A model generated the notes under the pieces. That model was not told the origin of the DNA, searched no databases, and saw only the letters and a list, made by a program, of their open reading frames with translations. A DNA stretch of 63,775 nucleotides, counting the filler, from Octopus bimaculoides (lineage: Eukaryota): NCBI RefSeq assembly GCF_001194135.2. It is 4 parts of 4 records of this genome, joined end to end, with 100 filler letters (N's around TTAATTAATTAA, not from the genome) between each part and the next. Parts side by side here need not be neighbours in the genome. Positions count along the whole stretch, not along the records: positions 26,024 to 55,313 come from NC_068992.1; positions 55,414 to 60,618 come from NC_068994.1; positions 60,719 to 63,775 come from NC_068981.1; 1 more part is not named here. One strand, 5' to 3'. The translations under genes and the position numbers were made by a program. Shown here in pieces: positions 51,291-63,775 of this stretch. Every line of letters begins with the position of its first letter. Position 1 is the stretch's first letter.

Positions 51291-51299
51291 TTTTATCAG

Positions 51300-51530
51300 C
51301 AAAGGTGATGTGGAGATTATCAAAGGGGAGAAATCTAAAGAGATCAAATGCTGGGGTTTGGGGTTAGAAATTTTAACCCATTTAACCCTACCAGACTTGC
51401 ATAAAATTGCGGAGGAGTTGGTGTTCCCCGATGACAACCGGCTGAGTGTCGTGGTGGAAGGGAGGCCACTCGTATGCTACAAATTCAGAAGTCGGGGACA
51501 CATGAAGGCTGTGTGTCCACTAAAGTCGAA
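51300..51530 (+). mobile_element. Tx1/L1-type ORF1 fragment with decayed CCHC zinc knuckle
   Basis: LSVVVEGRPLVCYKFRSRGHMKAVCP (CX2[C>F]X4HX4C); similar to VMVEGRNPQCHRC at about 10000 on the minus strand. Confidence 0.75.
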
Positions 51531-51679
51531 CCATACTCTTCATGTATATGATATAATTAAAATTAAAATTACAGCTTAATGTACATTATGACGCTACATA
51601 TAATAGTATTTAAAGAGTCTATAATATGAAGGGTGGCTAAATTAGGATCCTATAGGCTACCTATTTTGTGGGAAGAATT

Positions 51680-52310
51680 TAAAAGTTGAAAGATATTTAT
51701 GCCTACAGGTAATTATGACATCAGATATCTTATTAAGTAAGCTATTATGGTTGGCACGGATTATGTGGATCGCCTCCTTCGTGCATACTTTGCAATTTTT
51801 CGTGTGTGTATTGTATGGTGTGGTTTCCGTTATTATAGACCAATCTAGACTGAATTCTTTATAGTGTATTTTTAATTTATTGATGTCGGTAGCTAGTGTG
51901 GTTGAAGTTTTAGTTTCGTGGTTAGTAAATGAGTTTGTATGCGCCCTGTAACTAATTTAAAAATCAGTTGTACTACCTATATAAAGCTTTTGTAGGGTTG
52001 AGACTTAAACTTTATATACGACATTTCTCCTTAAACAGAAGCCTTTTAGAGGACAAAGCTCCATAATACGACAGTTACATGTTTTATTTGTTTTATTACC
52101 AGGTTTAGCCTTTCTATCTTTAATATCAGGGTTCTTCTTATTATTATTCATATTAAGGTCAGCTAAGTTATTATCTCTATTAGTATCGTTATTTTTAAGT
52201 TTAAGTCTATTATTGGCCGCGATTATCGATCCTAGATTAGGTAAGATAATTTAAGTCAGGATCTGTTAAATATAGAGTTATAAGTACGCCGGTACAGGTA
52301 GAAGGGAAGA
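51680..52310 (-). mobile_element. Penelope-like GIY-YIG endonuclease C-terminal fragment
   Basis: Minus-strand KTCNCRIMELCPLKGFCLRRNVVYKV*...LYIGSTT and EAIHIIRANHNSLLNKISDVIITCRHK. Confidence 0.85.
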
Positions 52311-52521
52311 AATATAAAAGTTGCTAGAAACAATAGCCAAATCTCCCATAAATCACACAAAGTAAACAGAATTAAAAAATCTAATTACTGCACTGGAAAG
52401 TTCACATCGAGAAAATTCCATTGATATAAAACTTTTTACGAAAAAGTGGAAAATGTCGACTTCTATAAACTTTTAGAAAAGCTCCACACAGACACACATC
52501 TTCAGCTTTATTATATATAAG

Positions 52522-52650
<129 letters not shown>

Positions 52651-53089
52651 TGTTTATACAAATCTATATATATATAAAGATGAGAATGTGTGTCTATCTG
52701 TCTGTCTGTGTGAATCCCTAAATCTTGAGAACTACACCACCAAATTCATTCAAATTTTACACATGCCTTACTTACGGTCCAGGTAGTGTTTTAGGCCCCC
52801 AATTTTTTTACTTCTTCCCTAGTGCGAGCCCAGTGCAATATCACATCTCCTCTACTATTGCAGTATTTACGTATCAAAGGTGAAACAATAACATCTCTCT
52901 ATTCTAATGTCAGACAGTTTCACTTTAATAGTTTCACTTTAATAGTTTCACTTTGATACTGTAACTATTAAAGTGAAACTATTATCTCACATAATAATAT
53001 AAATAATATATAAATATATGCATATATCTACACATATATGTACATACCTACATCTATATGTATACATACATACATACATACATACATAT

Positions 53090-53420
53090 ATGGCTACAGG
53101 ACATCACAAATAAACGTTAAACACAAGGAGAAAGGAAAACAGAAAATGAACTTTTTTTCGAACAACGAAAAAAAAAACAGAGAAACGAGAATGCAACATA
53201 AAGAATATTTCCTTTCATCAGTTGTCCCTGTCTATCTACTCCGAGTTTCGAATGCAAGGACAATACGCGACTTCGTTGGAACAGTCCTTCCCGCAAAGCA
53301 AACCAAATAAAATTAGGAATTTTTTGCGGAGGGTGAAAGTGTTTAGAAGAAGAGGACAGTGAGAACAAGACAGTAGAAAGAAGACAATGGAAACAAACAA
53401 TAAGGGCTGTTAGGCCAAGA
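53090..53420 (-). mobile_element. PLE-like short repeat (related fragment at about 15245-15330, plus)
   Basis: Shared gaaa..ggagtagat.gacag..gacaactgatgaa.gg motif in both places. Confidence 0.5.
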
Positions 53421-53684
53421 CAATAGAAACATTAACTATAAAAACACTGCCTGATAAGATATAAAATATAAACTGAAGCTAAAACTTATTAGAATATTCT
53501 TATTGTTTCTTCAACTAACCAGAGAAGGGCTCCGGGCTCTTTTTACTGCAGGTGAAAGAGTAAAAAACGAAGATATTTTGACTTGTCCGGACATTGCTAT
53601 TACAGACAAATTAACAATTCCACTCGAGAGATAGACACAAACCACCTCGTGTTGACTGCAAAACTCCCGCCAAATTAGCCAGAA

Positions 53685-55090
53685 ACACACACACACACGT
53701 CCATTTCATATATCTTTCAATTTTTGCTCTCTGCATATAAAATGTTTAAGGATACAACTGCTTACAAAAATAGGGATCAATATATAATTTATTTGTATGT
53801 TCGTAATTAAATCAATGTTTTCATGATTAGACAGAGGGCCAATAGAATCGCTCTCACAAACAGACTACGTACGAATCCATTCTTCAGGAGTTTTCAACCT
53901 ACATAATAGGCAGAATTGTCGGATTAAGACAGTAGGGTGTTTTGAGGGAGATTTGGCTGCTATTTCTACCAGTTATAGCTACCATGTTAAGGTCTGATCT
54001 TAATTTTCATTCTCATATTTGCATTTCAAAAATTAAACATAATCATTTCCATAAATCAACTACCGTAAAAATTTCATGCGATGACATTTTCTATCTATGT
54101 GTATGTACCTTAAAAGATGCCAATCATCATGACATACACCTTTAATCACTCACACAAACTCTCTTTCTCACCCTCTTTGTCTCTCACATACACACGCTCA
54201 ATCACGCACGCACGCACACGCACACACACTCGCGCACACACACACACACACATACACACACACGTCCATTTCATATATCTTTCAATTTCTGCTCTCTCCA
54301 AAAAACTTTTTTAACGGATACAACAGCTTACAAAATATGGATTAGTGTATAATTTCTTTCTATGTTCATAATTAAATCAATGTTTTAATGATTAGACAGA
54401 GGTCCAATAGAATAGCTCTCAGAAACAGACTATGTACAAATACGTCAGTCATCGCGACACACACCTTCACTCACTCGCTCTATCTCTCTCTTTCTCACTC
54501 TCCTTCTCTCTCACATACACATGTGCAAGCACGCACGCACACACACACACACTCACCCACGCACACACACATACACACACACACACACGTGCATTTCATA
54601 TATCTTCTATCAATTTCTGCTCTCTGCAAATGACATTTTTTTACGATACAATTGCTTACAAACATAGGGATTAATGCATAATTTTTTTCTATGATCATCA
54701 ATAAATCAATGTTTTAATGGTTAGAGAGAGTTCCAATAGAATAGCTCTCAGAAACAGGCAATGTACAAATACGTCAATCATCACGACACACACCTTCACT
54801 AACTCACTCTATCTCTCTTTCTCATCCTCTTTCTCTCTCACATGCACACGCGCAAGCACGCATGCATGCACGCACACACGCACACGCAAACACACAGAGA
54901 CACACACACGTCCATTTGATATATCTTCTTTCAATCTCTGCCCTCAGCAAATAACATTTTTAGGGATACAACTGCTAACAAAAATAGGGTTTAGTGTATA
55001 ATTTTTTTCTATGTTCATAATTAAATCAATGTTTTAATGATTAGAGAGAGATCCAATAGAATAGCTCTCAGAAACAGAAAACGTACAACT
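53685..55090 (+). repeat. Tandem repeat of ~325-bp units (3 full + 1 partial)
   Basis: cacacgtccatttcatatatct...aattaaatcaatgttttaatgattagacagag...ccaatagaatagctctcagaaacag recurs near 53690, 54258, 54585 and 54905. Confidence 0.9.
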
Positions 55091-55189
55091 TCGTTCTTTA
55101 CAGATCCTGAAGATGTTTTCTTACAAAGAGCGGGGAATCAGGAAATTTTCATACAGCTAGAGCCCTCAATTGAAACAGGGGACCCGATA

Positions 55190-55245
55190 TGATGAGACTG
55201 AGAAACGCTGTTATAGATTATGCCTAACCGAAAAAGATCATGGCC
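55190..55245 (+). mobile_element. PLE endonuclease C-terminal scrap
   Basis: YDETEKRCYRLCLTEK resembles the KRCxLCLxEK motif. Confidence 0.5.
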
Positions 55246-55413
55246 ACATCATCCAAACAGACCGGGTGAGACCGGGCTTAGCTGCTAGTATATATATATA
55301 TATATATATATATNNNNNNNNNNNNNNNNNNNNNNNNNNNNNNNNNNNNNNNNNNNNTTAATTAATTAANNNNNNNNNNNNNNNNNNNNNNNNNNNNNNN
55401 NNNNNNNNNNNNN

Positions 55414-55460
<47 letters not shown>

Positions 55461-56019
55461 GTGTGTGCGTTCGTCTGTGTATGTATTTGTATGCGTGTGT
55501 GCGTGTGTATGAAAAGTACAATGAACATTATTTAAAATACTATTTTCTTTCAAGCTTCATTTACTAGTAATGATCTTTTTCAAAACTGTCCACAAATATC
55601 GTTCGCTTGATTCATGTAGATATCACAACATATGATATGTCTATATATATGTATATGCCTATATATATGAAATTGAAGAAATTGGAGTCAACAAGAAGGA
55701 GTACGGTTTGAGAGTTATCAGTGTGTGTGTATGTGTGTGTGTGTGCCCGAGCGCGATAATCGCCTACATGTGCGTCTATTAAAATATATACTTTCGTGAG
55801 TATTGGCTTTGACATCAAAAATATTTCGAAGCCGGCTTCTTCCGAAGACAGCCAAGTTTGATTTTGCTGTTCGACTTGAAATTAATTGAATTGTCATCAG
55901 ATTCTTCTAATTGATATCGTCCAACCATTTTCTGCTACTGTTTCTCGCAGATCTTGCTTTTCAAGAGAAACGCCATTCAGATAAGGTCAACGTCTGTTAG
56001 CTTTCCTTTCTCATTACAT

Positions 56020-56031
56020 ATCATTATCCCG

Positions 56032-56091
<60 letters not shown>

Positions 56092-56504
56092 TTTATAAAC
56101 AGCATTGTTATGGTGATGGTGNNNNNNNNNNCGTCGTCGTCGATTTTATAAACAGCATTGTTATGGTGATGGTGATGATGATGATGATGATGATGATCAT
56201 GATCATGATCATGATGACAATGGCTACGAGGAATAGCAGCAGCATCGTCGTCAGCGTTATCATCCTCGTCTTAGTTATAATCACAACGTCGTCGTCGTTG
56301 TCGTCGTCATCATCACCATCACCATCCTCATCCCCACTTACCCCGCCACTACTGTCATCAGCGCCATCTTTATCGGCATCACCTGCATCCGTATCACCAT
56401 TTTCATCCCCAGTCTTCTCTTCCTCGTTCTTCCCTTCTTTCTCTTCCTCCTCCTCCTCCTCCTCCTCCTCCTCATCATCATCATCAGTAGTAGTAGTAGT
56501 AGTT

Positions 56505-56559
<55 letters not shown>

Positions 56560-56772
56560 AAGTAGCAGTTGTACCAGTTGTAGTAACACCACCAAACTAG
56601 TTGTAGGTTGTTGAACTCTAGTATCAACATTATTTAATTGAGAGCCACAACCTTGGCGGTGGCAGAAGCAATAGCAGCAGCAGCAGCAGCAACAGCAGCA
56701 ACAGCAGCAACAGCAGCAACAGCAGTATTAGGCGCCGCAACCATTATTGTCCTTGCCATTATTCACCACCAC

Positions 56773-56814
<42 letters not shown>

Positions 56815-56948
56815 TATCATCATCCTCATCATTCTTATTTCTGTCACCACCTCCACTACTACCACTACCACCACCNNNNNNNNNNATCAGCAGCAGCAGC
56901 AACCCTCAGCACCACCGTTATCATCGTCACCATTATCGTCATCATCAC

Positions 56949-56979
<31 letters not shown>

Positions 56980-57000
56980 GCCGTCATCATCCATCTCGTT
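56020..57000. repeat. Mosaic of trinucleotide microsatellites
   Basis: (GTC)n, (GAT)n, (TCC)n, (TCA)n, (GTA)n, (GCA)n, (CAT)n in succession. Confidence 0.9.
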
Positions 57001-59616
57001 CTCTACATTGATATCATGTGTGTCAGAGACGATTAGCGTATCTCAACATGACATGTCTAATGTGTGTTTCTCGTGAATCCAAAGAAATGAATAATTAATT
57101 TCTTACACAGACAAATAACCTGGGCTTTATTGAATAAACGAACGGATATTGTACGGATTTCATGCCTTTTTTAAAGGGAAGGAAAAAAACCAAACCAATA
57201 ATGGAGGTCATTATGTCTGCGAGATGAGTTGTAGAACAACATTATCTGTTTCTCCATCAACTACTAACAACTGTTGACGTATATCTATCTGGACATTGAT
57301 GGTAAATGGTTGCCGTGGTGAGGTTGATATTTAGAGAACGGACAACGGCAGTGCCATTGATGACATTGGTGGTCATTTTAAATAAAGTGGAAACCCTAAG
57401 ACATGTTTGAAAATTTGATCTGTAGGTACAGTTTTTTGGGGCTTTTTTTAACTAATTGATTTTTACTTAAATCACGTAAGTTAGACGGTCAAGTAAGGGA
57501 AATATCTCGGTTGATTTTTGCCAGGCTCAAACATCACATTGATCCTAGAGGAGTGGGTTTAAGACAATGAAGACGGTGTATGTCGATGACAACAACAAAG
57601 ACGACGGTGATTATGATGGTGATGATGACGATGACAACGATGATGATGATGATGATGATGATGAAAAGCGCCCTCAGTCGCTTTAGTGACGTACACTCGT
57701 ATACAAGATCGGAAAATATACACGCACACATATGCAGGTATATATATATACTGGCAAAGACGTGTGAGGGCGGCGAACATAAACACAAAATTCGTCTAAC
57801 CTCTAGGAAGANNNNNNNNNNNNNNNNNNNNNNNNNNNNNNNNNNNNNNNNNNNNNNNNNNNNNNNNNNNNNNNNNNNNNNNNNNNNNNNNNNNNNNNNN
57901 NNNNNNNNNNNNNNNNNNNNNNNNNNNNNNNNNNNNNNNNNNNNNNNNNNNNNNNNNNNNNNNNNNNNNNNNNNNNNNNNNNNNNNNNNNNNNNNNNNNN
58001 NNNNNNNNNNNNNNNNNNNNNNNNNNNNNNNNNNNNNNNNNNNNNNNNNNNNNNNNNNNNNNNNNNATATATATACATAGTAGTGGTACAGCAAGGCACC
58101 AATGTTTACTGGAAATAGCAGTCGATAAATTTACGACGCTATAATAAAGCTTCACTGTATATATATATACTGGCAAAGACGTGTGAGGGCGGCGAACATA
58201 AACACAAAATTCGTCTAACCTCTAGGAAGAACATTACATAAATGGACAACCCAGAATCGGATAATCTAGTACCTAGGTTTCGGACTCTACAAATACGTTT
58301 GTTATTGTAAATATGATTAGTCTTCTTCAGCTAGATTTACCTGGACAATATTCCAAATGTTGCTACGTTAATACCAGTATACTCGGCTGAACGTGAACAG
58401 AACCAGAGCATGTGTATATAGTTAACACGATTTCATAGTTTTAGACAACAATATATGTTTGGTACAGAGTAACTGTCTGACAAAATTGCTTGGTAATCAT
58501 AAAAAAAAACGTTTGTTAGTTCAGATGGAACACCGAAGAGAATTCATTGATTTACGACGTAACCATTTTGAGGACATTTAGTGCTAACTTCTAACGATGT
58601 AATGTTTAGAATAAATTATGCAAAGTAGGATTGTTGGAGGAAGAAAAATATGTGAGTGTATGTGTGTGTGGGTGCATATATATACTTATGGATATACATT
58701 TACATGCATATATATATNNNNNNNNNNNNNNNNNNNNNNNNNNNNNNNNNNNNNNNNNNNNNNNNNNNNNNNNNNNNNNNNNNNNNNNNNNNNNNNNNNN
58801 NNNNNNNNNNNNNNNNNNNNNNNNNNNNNNNNNNNNNNNNNNNNNNNNNNNNNNNNNNNNNNNNNNNNNNNNNNNNNNNNNNNNNNNNNNNNNNNNNNNN
58901 NNNNNNNNNNNNNNNNNNNNNNNNNNNNNNNNNNNNNNNNNNNNNNNNNNNNNNNNNNNNNNNNNNNNNNNNNNNNNNNNNNNNNNNNNNNNNNNNNNNN
59001 NNNNNNNNNNNNNNNNNNNNNNNNNNNNNNNNNNNNNNNNNNNNNNNNNNNNNNNNNNNNNNNNNNNNNNNNNNNNNNNNNNNNNNNNNNNNNNNNNNNN
59101 NNNNNNNNNNNNNNNNNNNNNNNNNNNNNNNNNNNNNNNNNNNNNNNNNNNNNNNNNNNNNNNNNNNNNNNNNNNNNNNNNNNNNNNNNNNNNNNNNNNN
59201 NNNNNNNNNNNNNNNNNNNNNNNNNNNNNNNNNNNNNNNNNNNNNNNNNNNNNNNNNNNNNNNNNNNNNNNNNNNNNNNNNNNNNNNNNNNNNNNNNNNN
59301 NNNNNNNNNNNNNNNNNNNNNNNNNNNNNNNNNNNNNNNNNNNNNNNNNNNNNNNNNNNNNNNNNNNNNNNNNNNNTTCATGTTTCTGTTGATTTTCCTG
59401 CTTCAATCAACTATTTACAGGCTCATCATTGAACAAGTTATTTCAAGCAGAAATTGCCAAGCATTTGGAAATACATAAGCAGGAAGTGAATATTTCTGCG
59501 CATTAAATTATTCCGTTGGCTTTTGGAAATGTCTGTAATATCTCACTTTAGCAAAACTTGCAACGTTAGTTTGAAGAGATGTTGCCATACGGTAAAGTTG
59601 CCATATGGGTAAAGTA

Positions 59617-59850
59617 AAGGTAAAGTTTCCTTGTCGAGTCATACCGTGCCATTAGACCCTCTTTCTCGGTTTCGCTGGGGTGTACATTCTAAGCCTGGAT
59701 GGGACGCCAGTCCGTCGCAGGATTAACACATTCTTGCCAGTTGAGTGGACTGGAGCAACGTGAAATAAAGTCCCCCGATCCAGGAATCGAAACTGCAATC
59801 TTAAAGTCATGAGCCCAACACCCCTAACCACTAAGCCACGCGCCTCCACA
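59617..59850 (-). mobile_element. tRNA-derived SINE family D with V-domain-like core
   Basis: Minus head gtggaggcgcgtggcttagtggttagg...gtttcgattcctgg; body cctgcgacggactggcgtcccatccagg. Confidence 0.75.
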
Positions 59851-60076
59851 AAGATAAAGTTACCTTCTTGAGTCGTACCGTCAAACAAGGGCGGGTTTCT
59901 CGCTTTTAATGGCGTATATATTCCTCGCCTGGACGGGGTTCATGTCCGTCGCAGGATTACTCATTTTCGCTGGCTGAGCGAACTGATGCGTCTGGAAATG
60001 AAGTGTTTTGCTCAAGAACACAACACGTCGCCCGATCCAGGAACCGAAACCAAAATCTAACCACCCTATCCACTAA
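59851..60076 (-). mobile_element. SINE family D, adjacent second copy
   Basis: Collinear with 59617-59850 (aaagttaccttcttgagtc...gtccgtcgcaggatta...cccgatccaggaaccgaaac). Confidence 0.7.
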
Positions 60077-60185
60077 GGCGGCGAGCTAGCAGAAATGTTA
60101 GCACGCCGGGCGAAATGCATAGCAGCATCTCGTCTGTCTTAACGTTTTGAGTTCAAATTCTGCCGAGGTCGACTTTGCCTTTCAT
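60077..60185 (+). mobile_element. SINE family A, 5' part
   Basis: ggcggcgagctagcagaaatgttagcacgccgggcgaaatg...gagttcaaattctgccgaggtcgac. Confidence 0.85.
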
Positions 60186-60565
60186 NNNNNNNNNNCACAT
60201 ACCATATATGTATGCATTCTTTTCTATTCTTGTTTATTTGCCACACCATATTCATCGTAGAAGAAGATGTAAATGTTTAGGAGTACGAACCAGTATTGTG
60301 CGTATTGTATTGTGTGCGCTTTTACTCGAACGTACGTGCTTCCATGATGGAATATATGTCTTTACGAATGATAATGTGCAATGCTTCATAATGTATATTT
60401 TATTAACTCACACACTAAAACGAGAGAGAAAACAACAAACCATAATGACATCACTGAAGATGGAATAAGGATTCTCATTTGCTTGCATATCTCTATTATT
60501 CCAATTCTATTTCTGCGCCCGTATCCTATAGACATGTACGTAAATGCATAAACAAACCTCAAACT

Positions 60566-60618
<53 letters not shown>

Positions 60619-62914
60619 NNNNNNNNNNNNNNNNNNNNNNNNNNNNNNNNNNNNNNNNNNNNTTAATTAATTAANNNNNNNNNNNNNNNNNNNNNNNNNN
60701 NNNNNNNNNNNNNNNNNNGTTGTTGTTCAATTTACTAGAAATAACAGTCAAATCTCACTCATACTATGCTCTTGTTAGTATTAAGGAAAGAGAAAATGTT
60801 TACTCATCTCCATCATTACAATTAAAATAAATATTTTTGGTTTTGTTCGGGCTCTATGAATTTAATTTTATAAAATGGTTCTGTCCATTGCTTGATACAA
60901 GAAATTGGAAAATCCTGACCAAAACAGAGAAATTCCAAATATAGAAAGCGAAAGAAAAGGTTCTATTTTCCAAAGCAAAAAGATGTGTTTTTAGCTGGGG
61001 TGTAATTTTATAATTAAAACAAATTCAAAATTTAAATTTCAGAACATAAGACTTACCACGCTATCTGGTGTATAGCCACAGTACAAATGTGTACAAAGCT
61101 TAAAACATATGTGTGTGTGTGTCTGTGTGTTTGGTTGGGTCTTTAATAGCCAGCGGTCAATTTAAGTTCAAGAAAGGCATTCAAGACAGCAACACATACA
61201 CAATCATATACATTCAAGCATACCCATACATACACACACAAACACAAATACATACCTATCAGCCACTCCCCAAAGCCAGTTTGATCCAAAATTCTGACCA
61301 CCATTCTTTATATATTTACACACACACACACACACAACTTTTCGTTTTTATTCATTACTTTTTTCTTTTAATCGTCTATTACTATTCATCTGTTTTTCGT
61401 TTTCGTTTTTGTTTTGAGGCTTTCACTTTAGCGACACCAGTTGCATATGGTACCAGGAATTTGCTTGGTAAAGTGTTTAAGTTTTTGAAAATTGGAAACA
61501 AATAATCATGTTATTTTTAAACTGACGACTGCCACAAAGATGTGAAAATATGGCTACTACTTGTTAATTTCAATTTAAACTTACCGAACTCGAGGGTCTT
61601 CCAGCGCCCCGCTAGCGACCCCAGTCTCTTAACGCTCCCCTTGTGCCCTTTTGCGCCCCGCCCCCCTCGAGCTGCAAATGGCTTCTTGGGGGCCATATGG
61701 CACCCGTTGTGAAATTTTCATCTAGGTAATGGATGATGCTTTAAGAAAGGTCTTTGATAACACAGACGAGAAAGTGTCATTTGGTAATGTATTCTGAATT
61801 GAAGCTAAGGCATTTGCAGATGCAAAATAAAAGTTTAAATTTAGCAAAATATACACACGCACTGAAGTCAAGGAAATGAACAAAAAATAAAATTCTTTTC
61901 AAACTTCTTTTAAATTCATGACCAGCGTTGTAACACGCTCTCCACTCGTCAGTGCAAACATAGCCAGAAATATATAAATATAAACACTTATACATAACAT
62001 AGGAACACAACATATCCACAGAGCATATACGAATGTTCACACTTTTCATTCGTGAAAGGATTTTTATCTTGTTCATCTCAGCCACGTGTGTATAATCAAA
62101 ATAATTCAGCACTGAATATTTTCCGGTTTAATATTTATCGATTAAATATAAGAATAAAATCTATATAAGATTTTATCAAGTAGCCAGCGTGTAAAACCAA
62201 TTAATGTAAAAAATATTATATATATGTATATGTATACATTCACACGCGCCCATTATCACAAGTATATATATATATTCATATGCTTAAGTATAGATATTCT
62301 GAAATATTTATGTACATGTGCTTATGGATACTCACACACATGCGCACACACACATGCGCACACACACATGCGCACACACACATGGAACGCACAATGAAAA
62401 TAGTTATGTCACTGAAATGTCACATTCTGAAGAATGCTGACCAACTGACGACAACATCCTGTCTGCTCTACCGAATACAGAATGCAATAGTAGAATTGAT
62501 GACGTTGAGATATTTAAAACTCAATCTGAATTGGTGTTAGCCTAAATAAGTCTTAAATAAAACCCATTCTATATGCTTTTCCAAAGTCTCTCCGATCAGC
62601 ACCAGCGAAACTTTAAGTATTACGGAAGTGTGTCAGACTTGTATGTATGTATGTATGTATGTATGTATGTATGTTTGCGGAGCCGCAAATGCAAAATATA
62701 AGTTAATCCTAGAGCGCACAATGTTCGTGAAGGTCGGCAATGGTCTTCCTCGGTCACGAGTGGACGGCCATCATGTATGTATGTATGTATGTATGTATGT
62801 ATGTATGTATGTATGTATGTAGGAGAATGTACGAAAAAACAACAACAACAGACGAGGACAGGTGGTGTAAACAACAAAAGGATGTATTAGTTTGACGCTC
62901 AGGAATACAGAAAG

Positions 62915-62951
62915 TCTTTAACGTTTCGAGCTACGCTCTTCAACAGAAAGA
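62915..62951 (-). ncRNA. Hammerhead-like motif with CUGUUGA core variant
   Basis: UCUUU-CUGUUGA-A-GAGC gua GCUC-GAAAC-GUU-AAAGA; stems I and II pair fully, A6 changed to U. Confidence 0.5.
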
Positions 62952-63737
62952 ATACGGAGAAAACAAGGAGAAAAACACGGAGAAAAAAAATTGAATGGTT
63001 TGGTCAGCGATCTATCATGGCGTCTGCGGACAGAAAGTGTATGTATGTATGCATGCATGGATGGATGGATGGATGGATGTGGGTATATGTGTGCGTGTGT
63101 GAATGTGTGCATGTATGCGTGTGTATACGCGAGTATTTATGCGTCATATGCATATATATNNNNNNNNNNGCGAGTATTTATGCGTCATATGCATATATAT
63201 ATATATATATATATATACAAAATGAGGGAACAGAGGAGATAAAATCCAGGCTACATATGTTTCACAGCTAGCAGAACCTCAGTAGTAATTACCCAAAGGA
63301 AGGGTAATCTGCTAGCTACTCGTCGGGCCAAAGATACCTTAATCAAATGAAGATCACATTGTTGTCAAGGGAACCCATGTTAACTCGCAGGAGATTTGAA
63401 GCTTTTGATGCGTGGAGAAAGAGTCTCATGACAGACAATTTTATACGTTTAACTACTCATCAGAGAAGGCGCATCCTGTTTCTTTCCTGTATCAATATGT
63501 GCAGAATATTCAGCTGTCATAGAAAGCACTCTCAAATTAATTTAGCCCTATCGTGGGTAGGTTAGTGTGCATATTTTTGTTTTTCATTTCAGCTCGTCAC
63601 TAATTAAGCAATATATATTCATCTGCAACGGAGAGTGGATCAGAGGAACTGATACAATTCCTTACTGTGTGGTATGTGTGAGTGTGTGTGTGTGTGTGTG
63701 AGTGTGTGCGTGTATATATATAAATATATGTATGTAA

Positions 63738-63775
<38 letters not shown>

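Larger units (their letters stand above)
52663..55288 (+). mobile_element. Possible non-autonomous Helitron spanning a tandem array
   Basis: A|TCTATATATATATAAAGATGAGAATGTGTGTC 5' signature at 52663; weak ccgg..ccgg hairpin then CTAG|T at 55285-55289; linkage of the two ends is inferred. Confidence 0.4.

Noticed and set aside
57739-58230. 73-bp exact direct repeat on both sides of a 256-N gap
   Set aside because: Cannot distinguish a real tandem duplication from a scaffolding artefact
63347-63565. 72-aa ORF in unique-looking sequence
   Set aside because: Short, no domain or splice support

Overview
AT-rich, repeat-dominated animal genomic DNA from a short-read draft scaffold, with about 5.5 kb of N gaps. 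The SINE and microsatellite repertoire looks cephalopod, probably Octopus; this is inference from recognised repeat types, not a database result. No intact protein-coding gene, rRNA, true tRNA or CRISPR array can be supported, and almost all listed ORFs come from gaps, microsatellites or decayed transposons. Main contents: (i) a decayed but apparently end-to-end Helitron (Rep + Pif1 helicase, 26055-30409); (ii) a decayed Tx1/L1-type LINE (about 8205-11150, minus); (iii) RTE, R4/Dong-like and several Penelope-like (PLE) fragments; (iv) four tRNA-derived SINE types in about 20 copies; (v) a deleted Tc1/mariner element, several foldback/MITE elements, an interstitial TTAGGG array and tandem repeats. 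The most interesting signal is a ~1 kb head-to-head composite at 5077-6070. It has a tRNA-derived head and tails carrying minimal type I hammerhead ribozyme motifs of the PLE kind, and it sits inside the mariner transposase between a 10-bp target duplication. Further hammerhead-like motifs with different but still pairing stems lie at 11921 and 62915. One low-confidence orphan exon candidate lies at 23263-23441 (minus).
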